Positions 1 to 12,263 of a stretch of DNA of 64,000 nucleotides are shown piece by piece. This stretch comes from Psammoneis japonica. Its lineage: Eukaryota. The notes beneath the pieces are model-generated. The model did not search any database. It saw only the letters and a program-made list of their open reading frames with translations, and was not told where the DNA came from. Position 1 is the stretch's first letter, and the number at the start of each line of letters is the position of its first letter. The stretch is taken from NCBI GenBank assembly GCA_008632985.1, contig QPGO01000070.1, forward strand, positions 310,001-374,000, written 5' to 3'. Both the position numbers and the translations under genes were made by a program.

Positions 1-1
1 T

Positions 2-2242
2 GCGGTTTCCATTCTGCCGTATGCCGGTCCGTATCCCATGAGTGCCGAGAGTTTGGACCGCAACATGATTGAAGCGACCGTCACCAATGCTCAACCATTG
101 GTATTGCGATTGCAAGACAAGACCAATGCCAATCTCTACGCCATGCTGACAGAAAATGTCGAGGGCAATGTGTACCGGATTGACAAGCTGGCGAATCGCA
201 TGGGATTCAATCGTCAATTGGCCGCGGCCGTGGCGATTGCTGCAAGTAGTCCCAACCAAGACGACGACGACAACGAAATGGTTTTGTCGAGACGTGATTT
301 GAGACGGCCGTCACCCGAACTCATCAAGGCGATTTCTGCCATGGACGAAAACATTAATCGCCGCGTTTTGAATTCCAAATCGTTCGATTTGAGACCGGGT
401 GAAGAAATGACATCGACGGCGGCACTTTGTGCTCAAGCGGTACCGTGGAATGCACACGACGATGATGCCAATAACGATTGTGTCGATCAAGACGGGATTC
501 GTGCCGCATCCGCCTTGGCATTGGAAAAGTACGGTGCGCTCGAGGGTCTGAATGCGTCGCAACGCATGGCGGTGGAGAGTGCTGCCACCAATCGACTCAC
601 GCTGTGTCAGGGACCACCCGGAACGGGAAAAACGGCCGTGGCGATTCGTATTGTGCAGCATTGGGCGCGGTTGGCACAATCCGAAGCGACCAATGGTCAG
701 AATGCCAATCCCATTTTGGCCACGTCCGATTCCAACATTGCTGTCGATAACTTGGTGGAAGGATGTGCCAATGTAGGATTGCGTGTGGTTCGTTTGGGAC
801 GGCCCGAAGCGATCAGACCCGAGTTGTTGCGTTATTGTATTGACCGTCCGCCAACCAACAATGGCAACAATAGCAATAATAACAACCAGGGGTATGGGAG
901 TATGTCTGCGGCTGCCTTTAAGGAAAAGATGAAGACGCTCAAGAATGCTCAAGTCATTTGTTGTACGTGTATTGGAAGTGGTGGCGATATTCTGGACAAT
1001 ATGAACTTTGAACGTGTCCTTGTGGATGAGGCCACCCAGGCGACGGAACCCGCCGTGCTGGTGCCCTTGACAAGAGGATGTCGTCAGCTCGTCTTGGTGG
1101 GTGACCACTGTCAGCTCCCGCCAACCGTTTTGAGTACACGTGCCGAAGAGGAGGGATTGGGTGTCCCGCTCTTTTCCCGCATGGTAGCATGCGGAGTACC
1201 GCCTTGCATGCTGGATACCCAGTATAGGATGCACCCTGCCATTGCCATGTTTCCTTCCGATTTGTTCTATGGCGGCAAGCTACGCAATGGTGTCAGCCCC
1301 CCGGAGCGCCGTCCTCTGGCTGGATTCCCCTGGCCGCGAGAGGAATTCCCCGTTGCCTTTGTTCCAGTCAATCATGGCGTGGAAATGGACGATGGCGTGA
1401 GCAAGCTCAACGAAGCAGAAGCTGCAGCTGCTTGTGATGCGGTGGCGGCCTTGCTGGAGGGAGGACAATGCACTGTTTCGGACATTGCCGTTGTCACACC
1501 CTACGCCGCCCAAGCACGTCTTATTCGGCGCATGACGAGGCAATTGACTCAAAACCGTGGACCGCCCTATGTGGAAGTGTCCTCTACAGATGGTTTTCAA
1601 GGACGAGAAAAGGAGGCTGTGGTGTTTTCGGCCGTGAGAAGCAACGATTATGGTACCGTTGGCTTTGTATCGGACTGGCGCCGTGTCAATGTATCCTTTA
1701 CTCGTGCCAGGCGTGCTCTGATTGTCATTGGTAATGACCAAACATTGAGACGCGGCGACCCTGATACGTGGATGCCTTGGTTGGCGTGGGCCGATGCACA
1801 GGGTGTCAATACCAACAAGCCTGGCGTACCAAGAGGTCGATACGAACCGGAGCAGCTCCGTCGAGTCCGCGGGGGCACAACAGCCGCCGAAATGCTCAAG
1901 GATGTGTTGGCTCGACAGCAAGCACAACTCAGCCAGGCGGAGAAGCAGTTGCAGAAGGCTGAAAGGAACGCCGAAGGTCACATTATCGGAAACAGTGAGG
2001 AAGATGATGACCCTACCAAGAATGCCGTTGTTGTGGATAGCTCCGACAACAAGCAACCCGCCACGCTGGAGGAGGAACTGGCCCTCTTGTCCAACACAGA
2101 CGGTTGCTGGGACGACGATTCGGACGATGGTATTCTTCACCATAGCGTGTCTCAACCAACGCTTACAACGGTCTCTTCCTCGAATGACATTCGAAACGAA
2201 GTCAGTGACGAAGAAGTACCTCTTGACGCTTGGGATTTGTAA
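2..2242 (+). CDS. UPF1-like superfamily 1B helicase (AAA_11/AAA_12), 5'-truncated at the window edge
   Basis: Motifs QGPPGTGKT, VLVDEATQATEP, LVGDHCQLPP, LDTQYRMHPAI, DGFQGREKE, RRVNVSFTRAR. The frame is open from base 2 to the ATG at 38, so the true start is probably upstream. Confidence 0.92.
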   Translation, partial: AVSILPYAGPYPMSAESLDRNMIEATVTNAQPLVLRLQDKTNANLYAMLTENVEGNVYRIDKLANRMGFNRQLAAAVAIAASSPNQDDDDNEMVLSRRDLRRPSPELIKAISAMDENINRRVLNSKSFDLRPGEEMTSTAALCAQAVPWNAHDDDANNDCVDQDGIRAASALALEKYGALEGLNASQRMAVESAATNRLTLCQGPPGTGKTAVAIRIVQHWARLAQSEATNGQNANPILATSDSNIAVDNLVEGCANVGLRVVRLGRPEAIRPELLRYCIDRPPTNNGNNSNNNNQGYGSMSAAAFKEKMKTLKNAQVICCTCIGSGGDILDNMNFERVLVDEATQATEPAVLVPLTRGCRQLVLVGDHCQLPPTVLSTRAEEEGLGVPLFSRMVACGVPPCMLDTQYRMHPAIAMFPSDLFYGGKLRNGVSPPERRPLAGFPWPREEFPVAFVPVNHGVEMDDGVSKLNEAEAAAACDAVAALLEGGQCTVSDIAVVTPYAAQARLIRRMTRQLTQNRGPPYVEVSSTDGFQGREKEAVVFSAVRSNDYGTVGFVSDWRRVNVSFTRARRALIVIGNDQTLRRGDPDTWMPWLAWADAQGVNTNKPGVPRGRYEPEQLRRVRGGTTAAEMLKDVLARQQAQLSQAEKQLQKAERNAEGHIIGNSEEDDDPTKNAVVVDSSDNKQPATLEEELALLSNTDGCWDDDSDDGILHHSVSQPTLTTVSSSNDIRNEVSDEEVPLDAWDL

Positions 2243-2515
2243 AGAGATCTCGAGTGCGCGCACTCTAGCGTTGCATAGTGGACTGTTTATCATTTTAAAT
2301 AATAAAGCTGTCTGCTTGCTAGCTAGCTGGGTAAATGTCATGTTGCGTCTTGATTGGATTGCCATTTTGATCGTTTCAGTGCTGATGAGAGAAAGCTACG
2401 CTTGAAGTTTGTGGTCGAGAATGCTTTATTTAACTGCCTATGTAATTGAAATATAAAGTAACCCATGAATTCTTCCGTCATGAGTCACACGCAAGCTGCA
2501 CTCGATCGATGCAAC

Positions 2516-3392
2516 TTAGTACTCTTCATCCGTCACTCTCTTCCAGAGAGCCAAACCGCCGCCACCCCCTCGTGCCGTGGCAATCTTTTCATCGGCAGAT
2601 ATCCAGTTGAAGAATGCTTGTCGCCCCCGCTTGGCATTCTCGACATTGGATTCGCTGCCCAGCCCAGTCGATGAACCAATCTGAGCCGCTTGTTGTCGAT
2701 TGATCTGAATACCAAATCCCAATGGCGCAATCTCGTCAAAGTCAAACTCCTGTTCAAACAAACGAACGAGCCAGTTGGAGAGTGAGGTTCAAGAACCGCA
2801 AAAGACCAATTCATCAACCCAACCTTATCATACTCACCAACTTGCGTTTCTTTAAATCAAAATCAAATTCACCCGAGAACTTGATGAGCGGAAAGCCGCC
2901 AAGATAAATGCCATTGGTAATTGCCATGGGAGTCTTGGTGGCGTCAAAACTCTGCACAGCCTTGATTGGAAAATAGTTGCCGCTAACTTTAAATCGCTCT
3001 TGTGTCTTTTTTGTTCCCGTGGTAAAGATGAGTCTCCACGAGCCCGTTAAATTGTCCAGCACTTGTTGCGGCGCGGTGTCTGGTTCTGCCTTGCACTTAG
3101 ATCTCATGAGCTTTTCCAAATCTTCCAGGGCTTGTACGACTGTTGCCGAGTCTTCGGTTTTTGTTTCCGCAGCGCTCACCAAAATCTTTTTTGCTTCGGC
3201 AATTGGTTCATCATAATCATTGTTGGCGGCGTGTAGAGCACATTGATTTCGTTGGCCCAGAATTATATTTTTGGTAAATGCTTTTCCTCCCGATGAGATA
3301 GATCTCCGATTGTGCGGTTTGAGTGTGGAAACAAACGCGTCTCCCGCAAGAGAGCAAGTACAGGAAACAAGTAGAAACAACAACCAACGCAT
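2516..3392 (-). CDS. Plastid lipid-associated (PAP/fibrillin-like) protein, 2 exons
   Basis: Signal peptide ending in GDAF and motif LTGSWRLIFTTG. A GT-AG intron at 2837-2750 joins KKRKL|EFDFD in frame. Confidence 0.75.
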
Positions 3393-3930
3393 CTTTTTGT
3401 CCAGCTTAGAGTTTCCAATGGCCGAACCTCTTGTAGTTGTAGTCTACAGTATTGAGCAAGTAGTGAGAAAGCAATGAGAATCGGCAGATTGCTTTGCTGG
3501 CGGGAAAAGATGTGAAAAAGTGAGAAAGATTCTCGGCAACAGGGTCTCTAAGAACCCGGAGTTTGTTCAAAAACACGTCACTCACAACCGACTCAGAACC
3601 TATTTATGGACCGCGCAAAAACGTCTCGTTCGAATCAGTAATCTCTCTACATACACGTTCGTCAGTACATATCTACGGACCTTACTGAGCTCACATTTTT
3701 GATGCCGGCGTTGATGCGTCGCCGCTCTTTTCTGACAACCGCACAAATCCAAAAAGCTATCTGGTGTCGAAAAGATACACGCTTGTCACCTCCTACCTGA
3801 CACCTCCCACTGTCACATTGTTGCTGTTTTCACTGCAACAAGCTATTGACACGTTTCCTTTCCCGGTTCTTTCAAACGTTGTCCATAATCTCGAGCACTC
3901 GGTGCTAGAACTCGGGCTTTCTTTGAAATC

Positions 3931-5225
3931 ATGATGGAGTCTCTTTTTTTCTCTCTCGCTGTCCTTTTTGCTGTTGGAACGACGGCGCATGAACACGAAG
4001 ACCATGAAGACATTGTTTGGAAGGTTCTCGATACACGTCTTCCCAAGCCGCTGTCGGATTTGACGGCCACGCTTTCGCCCGATACAGGTCTCGTGTACAT
4101 TGCCGGAGGCTGTGATTCGGAGCTTGGAAACGAATTTACCGAGTTTGGGTTTTCCTGCGGTTCCATCTCAAGTAGCTTTTATTCCTTTGATCCGTCGTCC
4201 GACACGTCGCCCCTCGTGGCCTTGCCGGATTTGCCTCGTCCTCGTTACCGTCATGGTGCAGCCATTGTGGGACGATACTTGTGGCTAATTGGGGGGCGTG
4301 ATGGGGAAGACGTTTTGATTCCAGAAGTGGATGTGAGTGATACTTGTTTTAGTGAAAGGAAAAGAGAGTTGTAAGAGTCATTCTAATCTTTTTTTTTTCA
4401 TGTTGCTTTACTCTGGAAAACGCTCAGATCTATGACATCGAAGCTGGTGGGTGGTTGGATTCTCCAGGATCCTTGTCTGAAGAGTTTCAAACATCGGATA
4501 ATGCCGGCTTTAGCGATGGAACTTATGTGTACAGTGTCGGCGGATACGACCAGAACTACACAGCCCAGACTACCGTGTTTAAGATCAACGGCACAAAGAC
4601 TACTGCTCCTTTGGAGGACGCTATTTCGACGGCTGCTTCTCTTTTGGAAGCCCGTGGTGATGTCTCGGCCGTATTCATGTCGGGCACGGCGTACGTGTCG
4701 GGTGGCTTTACCCATGTCAATGATTTCTGCTCGCCGCTGGCATCTGTGGAAATGTACACGGTTTCCTCCGACACGTGGTCACAAGCCGCGAGTTTGCAAA
4801 CACCCCGTGCCGACAAGGCCTTGGTGGCCTTGAAGGATCGTGTCTTTGCCGTGGGCGGGGAGACACAAATTCCAAACAAGTGTACCATTAATAAAGACGA
4901 TTTGCCCGTCGCGGGAGAGCAAACCCTTGCCGTGGACGATGTGGAAGTTTTGGAAGCATCCGCGTGGCGTGTCTTGGCTTCTCTACCCAACCATCGTTTT
5001 CGTTTTGCCGCCATTGGTTGGAATCCCACGGAAACCGTGTACACCTTTGGTGGACAGATCGCCTATGACGATGATTGTCAGTGCTTTAGGGCAACCGACG
5101 AGATTGTCAAGTACAAGGAAGATCGCCATACCAAGCACGACCATGATTCTCCTGGTGTGATGATGCATCAGTCCATGTTTCTACTTGTGTCTTCTGTCGT
5201 GGCTGCTGTGGCCTTGATGACTTAA
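3931..5225 (+). CDS. Secreted kelch-repeat protein with hydrophobic C-terminus (possible GPI anchor), 2 exons
   Basis: Signal peptide and repeated GG kelch motifs (YIAGG, LIGGRDG, SVGGYD, VSGGF, AVGGE, TFGGQ). The intron at 4333-4427 is in phase. Confidence 0.85.
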
Positions 5226-5895
5226 ACCCATTTGCTCAATCTTGTTTTTAAAAGATGTCAAGAATAGGAGTATGTTAACCATGCCTTGTACTCTTGGTAT
5301 GTTATCCAAGTCGTAATGACGACCTCCGTAGTAAATATATGAATGTACTGAGCTCTCGTACAATTTCGCTAGACTGGGCATGTCGTTCCTAAATGCGGAG
5401 ATGACGCGATCCAAGCAAGGAACGACTCATGTTGTGATAGCTACGCATGAATAACATCTGCTAGGGCTACGTTACGGACGACTCTACTACAGAACGCAGG
5501 AGCAACAAGGATAATGACGCACCTAAGACCTTCACGAAAACAACAAGACGCTAGTCTATGAGCTATGGCGACTTGCAGTACCTAGGGTCCCTACTCCTAT
5601 CTTTTTATCTTTCCCTTCCCGTGTTCCTTCGGAGGGAGGGACACTTTGAAAAAAATAATTTATAAAGCAACGAAGGTTCTATTTCTGATTATATAAATAT
5701 ATACGTATACTGTATAAACGCCGGCCATATCGAAATTTTCAAACTTTTGCTTTCGACGGATTCGATCACCCTCCCTCGTCGTCGTTGCCTCTCCTTCATC
5801 GAGTACACCGGGAAGGTTGCTCTGTTTGAAAAGACTCTTGTCTCCATACTTGTGGTACTGAAGTATTATTAGCAAGCGCTGCGTATCTTTTAGAA

Positions 5896-6471
5896 ATGGG
5901 CGAACCGATTGGAACAGCGGCTCCGACGTCGCAGCCTGCAACAACCGCAACACCGGCTGCTGCAGCCCCAGCAGCAGCAACGGCCACTACAGCCACCCAA
6001 CCAGCTACCGCAACAGCTGGGCCTCCTACTAAGCGACGTAAAATACAGGACATCGTCGACATGGATTCTGAATTAAAGTTAGTTCTAACGGCATGCGTTG
6101 GAAGCAAAGAGAACCATTTCTCAGATGGCCTTCTTTACGAGACGACAGTCAAGTCCATGAAAAGCCTTTGGGATGGTTTGGACTTTGTCAAGGACGGGCT
6201 GCTGGAAAAGAAAGACTTTGCATGCTGTCGGGGAGTAGACCCCATTTGGGAAGAGTTGCTGGACGTTTGCGACTTTAACAGCGATGGGAACATTACACAA
6301 ACGGAATTCTGCGCCGGGTTTGTTTTTGCCGCGCTTTCCAAGGAGATGATATTTAATGGACCACCAGCAGGGAAAACGACAGGCTTTGAGGTGCTTAAAA
6401 GTTTAGCTGTTGTGGTCAATGAACATGTCATGAGAGAGGTCGAGACTGTCAAAAAAAGAATGGGTTGGTAG
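5896..6471 (+). CDS. EF-hand-containing protein with Ala/Thr-rich N-terminus
   Basis: 191-aa ORF with a canonical EF loop DFNSDGNITQTE and an NLS-like KRRK. Confidence 0.65.
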   Translation: MGEPIGTAAPTSQPATTATPAAAAPAAATATTATQPATATAGPPTKRRKIQDIVDMDSELKLVLTACVGSKENHFSDGLLYETTVKSMKSLWDGLDFVKDGLLEKKDFACCRGVDPIWEELLDVCDFNSDGNITQTEFCAGFVFAALSKEMIFNGPPAGKTTGFEVLKSLAVVVNEHVMREVETVKKRMGW

Positions 6472-6931
6472 CAAGGCTTTGTCTCAACTCGCTCTCGGGA
6501 TCAAGGATTACGACAAACGTGGGAACCGTATTATTTAGTTTCTCTAATTTTTAGAATTTTAGGCGGTGAAACATTCGACGTACAGTTTATTGTGATGGGA
6601 TATGATGGGAACGAGAAAAGGGATTTCATTCTGCTGAGAAGCGGAAAAGAGCGGCTACCACAACATTGAACAATGCAACGTGTTTTCTGAGAAGCTCCGA
6701 TCATTCGATCATTTTTCGGATTTAGTCTATTATTTTTTATTCATCACCTGATACGTTTTATGTTCCGGATTCCAGTAGCGGTAGTTTGTTTACTGAGATG
6801 CGTGTATACGTATGTGGAATCTACGCAGATTGTACTACGGCCGAAAGAAGAGCGGTGTGACTCAGCTGATTTTGATCCGATGCGATGGATGATGGCTTTC
6901 TTTGCCTCACATTTTTGTTTTCTGCATCAAA

Positions 6932-7532
6932 ATGAAGTACGTTGCTCTTGTCGTTGCTGCCCTCACCGCTACCGCGGATGCCTTTACGCCTTCTTCCTCT
7001 GGAAGATCGTCTACCTCCCTCCACATGGGCTTGCAAGTCGGAGAGCAATTCCCTCAGGCTTCCGTAAGTATTTCCTCTTGCTATGCGTCAGTGAAAAATG
7101 TGGTGACTCACAATTTGGATCTTTTATCTTTTGCTTTAGTTGAAGAAGTGGGGAGTCAGCGGAAAGAACTCTGTTGTGTACTTTTACGGAGCTGATGATG
7201 CACCTTCTTGCACCAAGCAGAATGCTGCTTTCGATGATGCCCTTCCCGCTTTCAAGAAGGCCGGAATCGAGGTTGTTGGCGTGCGTAACGAGGCCGGGGA
7301 CAAGGGTGCCAGTGTATCCCAAAAGTTGGTCGTCGATGAGAATGATGAGGTCCGTAACGAAATTGGAATCAAGAAAGATTTCGGCCTTTTGGGAGGAAGG
7401 GAGACGTATGTTGTCAACAAGAAGGGCGAAGTCGAGTTTGTCTTCAACTCCCAATTCAAGCCAGAAGAACATGTTGCCAAGACCCTCGAATACACTTCGA
7501 CCATGAAAAAGCCAGCCTTTTCCTTGTTTTAG
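6932..7532 (+). CDS. Plastid-targeted peroxiredoxin Q/BCP-like (AhpC/TSA) protein, 2 exons
   Basis: Bipartite presequence (ADAFTP). Intron 7064-7139 is in phase. Motifs VVYFYGADDAPSCTKQ, GLLGGRETYVV and FNSQFKPEEHV. Confidence 0.85.
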
Positions 7533-7687
7533 ATGCCGTAAATGCTAAGTCAATAATACACCTTGTAGGGTCTAAGCTCTGGCAAATCGTGCTTTCTCTA
7601 GAAATATACCGTGTACATGTAGACGATGAAGGCTCGGTGACCTCAACGATCCATTCAAGACCAACATGAATGTGATGGGCCGTAACC

Positions 7688-9170
7688 TCATTGACTTTTC
7701 ACTTTGTCAGAAGCCTTCTTGCCCATCGCCGAATCGGGCATGCCACAGTAAATCTTCATGAGACACACAACGCAAACATTAAAGCAAGCAACGTTGATCA
7801 TTGTAGCCGCCGTGCCTAGACTCGTCTGTAGCTTTCCACTGACAAGGGCTCCCATTGATGGCCCAAGCCCAGTATAGACTGCATTCTTAAACATGAGCTA
7901 ATGAGAAAACAACAGGGAGAACGTATTAGGAAACCGAGCGCTGTATTGTACCGTCGATGTGCACGACTCTTAACTTCTCTTACCATCGTTGTTGTCATAC
8001 CCGGTGGCGAGATTGTGTGGGCGTATATTGTTGATGAACTGCAAACCGACCCAAAATTGATACCTCGCAGTATTTCAGCAGGGAGAGCGTGGTATGGCTT
8101 GGTCATTGTGCCATAGATTAAAAATCGTACAGCATACAGTAGAGGAGAGAGCATGAGCACATTGACGGGTCCTCCCAGCAACTCGTTGAACTTGTGTGAA
8201 TACCAAAACATGACTGTCCCGGCGGTGCTTGCTAACAGGCGTGTATTGCCAATAAATGACGAGGATGCGCCGACCTCTTGCATACGAGCGTAGGTAAAAT
8301 TCTCTGAACAACCTGAGGAAAAACCTGATAAAAGACAAAGAATAGGAAGACGAGTGCTTCTCGGTTTTTCGTCAACATCAACAAGCCGTCTTTGATTCGC
8401 TTCTCGTCCTTGGCCGCTTCTGACTTGTTGGATGAACGACTATGAATCTGTGACATGCTTCTTCTCTTGCTAGCCCGAGCGAGTGCATGTACACATACCC
8501 AGCATTGAATGAAGAGTACGGCAAACGAAAAAAATGCAATACGGTATCCCTGGTTCTGGCGTGAAAGCCATTGAACCCACACTTCATAACCGCTAGCTTC
8601 CTCTGAAGTAGGTAATGGGACTGGCAGTTCATATTGATTGGCATGATTAAGTAGAAAGCCAACAACGCTCATTCCCAAGCCGAATCCGATTGTTCCAAAG
8701 AGACGCAAACGTCCGTATTGATCCTTGTTGGGCAGGTGACTCATAGCTACAGTGTCGACAAACGTTCCGAGGGGTGCTTGAAAAATAGATTTCACAAAGA
8801 CCAAACAGCCCAAAAAGACAACACTTTCTTCTCCCCACGGAAGCAACAGCGTTGATATAAGCCAGCCAATCAAACACAGCTGAAGTAAGAAATGGCGGTT
8901 GTTGTGTTTTGCGTTGTACTTATCAGCCAGTATTCCCCACATTGGTGACACAAGCGAGAAAACAACAGGCTGAATCGCTCCCAAGATACCAATAACCGTT
9001 CCAGAGTGCCCCAGCGAAAGGTAATACACGGAAAGAAAGGGCTGAACAGACCCCTTGCATGCGTAAAACGTCAAGAGAAGGATTCGAATCGCCCAGATTG
9101 GAGCTGATGAGTCGTTCTCCTGCTTATTAATTGCGTTTGCCTTTGAAACCATTTTCATTCTAAGATGCAT
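7688..9170 (-). CDS. MFS transporter (MFS_1_like/MFSD6-like), with a 1-nt frameshift near 8331 and an intron at 7983-7898
   Basis: PFLSVYY, SPMWGILADK and QYGRLRLFGTIGFG motifs with many TM helices. Adding one T restores VFLSGFSSGCSENFTY. Confidence 0.8.
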
Positions 9171-9750
9171 ATGCTGTAGTTGACAACTGTGTGCAAGGGT
9201 GGACTGCTGAAAAAATGGCCTTATCGCATGGGGAGACGAACGCAGAACAAAACATCAACACACGAGTGGCACCGCGAGAAAAGCGAGAAAACTTTTGAAC
9301 GCCGTGCGGTTTCAGCACGTGGCAATTTCTTTTGTCTGTGCTTGATCGTCAGGCTGTGTGTGCGTGGTGCGTGGGGCGTGGACCGCCCCATATCATAGAG
9401 GTTAGTTCGTTCCTCTCTCAATGCTCCATGAAGGAAAGGGTGTACTGTACTGTACCTATGAATTCTTTCTTTGGAGAATTTTAGGCACGTAATAGAACGC
9501 CTGTTCTATAGCTATCACCCACCACAAGTAAGAGTAGGAGTATCCATAACCTACTATACTGTAGCTGTATCTACCCAGGTATTTTTCACTTGGATTTAGA
9601 CGGATGGCTTCAACTAAAATAATAGGAATATGAATTATGCATTGTTTCGAGTCCAATTACTGGTAGTCCTCTTTGGGTACCAGCTTGTAACTCATTAGAC
9701 TAGGTAGTTTTGCATCATTGTGTGTAGATACACACTCCAAACGAAGGACT

Positions 9751-11019
9751 TTAAATTTCGGGACTCAAGTCGGATGCATTGTCAAGCTCCCGGCGCTGTC
9801 GCTTACGAATATAGATAGCCCCGGCAATGATAAGCACCGCTCCAGCAGCAATGGCGACGTAAACCGGGGTAGCAAGACCTCCGCCGTCTGAATCAGAAAC
9901 GTCATTGTCTTCTCCACCATCTCCAGTCGGATCTGACCGAGCCCCTTCGGGATCGATTTCAGTCCAGGTTACCCTGAAAACTCCTTCAGCTGCTTTATCG
10001 AACATTCCAACATCCATGTTCCCTCTGATAAATTCCTTGATATCGTTCTCAATGTTACTTGCTGCGCCGTCAGTGTATACCGTGATACCACCAAATGCCG
10101 CCGTGCACAAGTTGTTTGCCTGTGTAGCCGATTGACATGGAACTTAAGAGAAAGACTTATGTTAGTTTTACGATTCTTGACAGAATGCCGATGTTACTTG
10201 CAAAGAGCCGACAATGCTCATAGAACAGCATCTTACCTTGAAGTTCAGAATCATCAGGAACCACGCTGACTCCAATGATGTCGGAATTTCCACGGAGTAA
10301 CGAACTTGCAGAATTATCACATGCCGGAATGGATAGAGTTGGGAAAACTAACGCTACAATCGCCTTGTCGATCCCGGGAAGGATGGAGCCTCTCAAATCG
10401 CTATTGTCAGCTGGGTTATACTCCACCTCGTAATTGTAAAGTATGGGGGTTAGATTATCCATTGAAGTTTCGCCAAAGGACCTTCCGCCATTGCTGGAGC
10501 AAGGAGTAAGTGGAGGATCAAGGGTCGACTCCGGTGGTGCGGGTGGAGGCGGTGGAGGAGGAGGGGGCGGCGGCGGCGGCGGCGGCNNNNNNNNNNNNNN
10601 NNNNNNNNNNNNNNNNNNNNNNNNNNNNNNNNNNNNNNNNNNNNNNNNNNNNNNNNNNNNNNNNNNNNNNNNNNNNNNNNNNNNNNNNNNNNNNNNNNNN
10701 NNNNNNNNNNNNNNNNNNNNNNNNNNNNNNNNNNNNNNNNNNNNNNNNNNNNNNNNNNNNNNNNNNNNNNNNNNNNNNNNNNNNNTGGAGGCGGAGGCGA
10801 CACAGGGAGAGAGGGTGGTTGGACAGGAGGAGGAGGTGGCGACAGAGGTAGGGATGGATCTCCAGCACCGCCATATCCAGGACTGTCAACATCGATTTCA
10901 TCGGGGGAGTCTGACATGTGTGGTGGGAGTTTTCGATGGTGATGGTTGACGTCGGACCCTTCTGCCACAGTGAAAGCGGCAATCACGGCTGCAAACGGTA
11001 TGAACTTGAAAGGCTTCAT
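9751..11019 (-). CDS. Type I membrane/cell-surface protein with a poly-proline stalk, spanning the assembly gap
   Basis: Signal peptide MKPFKFIPFAAVIAAF, Pro runs on both sides of the gap, intron 10236-10143, and C-terminal TM helix VYVAIAAGAVLIIAGAIYI followed by RKRQRR. Confidence 0.7.
10587..10785. other. Assembly gap (N run) within a GGC-rich poly-Pro coding tract
   Basis: Run of N flanked by (GGC)n on the left and GGAGGCGGAGGC on the right. Confidence 0.99.
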
Positions 11020-12263
11020 GGTTTCCTTTCCTTCTTGACTTCTCTTTGTGTGCTGCTTTGCTTTTGCCACCACACCTCGAGTTTGTGAGTGAAAAAAAGT
11101 CCTCCGGCTCGCTCGTAACATGTTATTCACACGTTAAGAGTGTCAATGAATTCAACGTTCACCTGTCCCCTCAGTAAGCAATTGCCTCAAGTCTGTCTTA
11201 GACACAAATTCATTTATCTGTTACAACACACATACAATATGATCTCTAGAAGATCGATAAGTTAATAAGGATTTGATTTCACCGTTTATCCGGAAAGCCA
11301 CACAAAAGCGACAGTGCTCGATCGTAACGTTATTATAGATTACACACCTGACGAATATTCATAATCCTATTAGGGCAATATTACAATTGAAATGTTGCGG
11401 AAAAAGAAATCGAATGAGGAGAGGCAGGGAGCTTATACCGTGTACAGTAGGGCTAGGGCCCTCTAGCGGTAGCTAGCTTAGAGGGCCCCTTAGAACAAAA
11501 GCAGGGGCCTCCACCCACCATAATATTCTAGTAGCTCTAAGCCCTACCACTAGCTAGTCGTGTATGTGGAAGGGGCAGTATGTTTAGAGATGTTCTATTC
11601 TTTGTCGTGCAAATTGCTTCGTGAACAGAAGTTCAATTTTGGTGCCTACAAAACTACCCTAAAAGTAGTCTAATGTTATGGATGACAAGACTAGAGAGGC
11701 AAGAAAGAACAATCGTGACGTCCCGGACGACCTCTTCGTTGATTCTAGATAGTGTGATCATTACTTGCGCGTATCTTCACAGGGGCATTGATATTATTTT
11801 AATCTGATCAATGCTGCTGAAACTAAATTTAAAACCTTTGTCTCCCTGGTTCCCTGAAAGTTGACAGCGCAAGCAAGACTGCACCGGCTTGCAGTACCGT
11901 AGAATGATTGCTTCCGATGATAGTCTTGTGCATTGTCTGAGTCCAACCGAACGAAACTTGATCCACCCGGCGGAATATCGTTATGAATTATGTTGTGTGT
12001 CTGCCAGATAGCTGTTATCCGACAATTGTATGTGACTTGCCTCTCCAAAAAGCATAGTCACAGATATATAGTGTGTATGTTGTGGCAATTGAGTCCATTG
12101 TACTTCGCTCCCTCCAAGGTTGCGAGTCATAGATAGTCTTCTTCTCTTTCAAAAAAAGAAGGGCGGTGTTTATGGTAGACGGCGGCAACTAAAGGTATGT
12201 CTCCAGTAGTTCTGCCTCTTGAAATAATAATGTGTTTACCCATCCATCATCAGATCTTTCTCC

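Noticed and set aside
311..2365. Long antisense ORFs opposite the helicase (and similar ones opposite other genes)
   Set aside because: They are shadows of codon bias on the coding strand and have no motifs.
10443..10982. Poly-Gly/Ala/Arg ORFs crossing the N run
   Set aside because: They are artefacts of translating across the gap and the antisense of a poly-Pro tract.
11456..11488. 10-bp inverted repeat GGGCCCTCTA...TAGAGGGCCC as a terminator or MITE
   Set aside because: Too short, with no U-tract or clear target-site duplication, and it lies in a low-complexity CTAG-rich patch.
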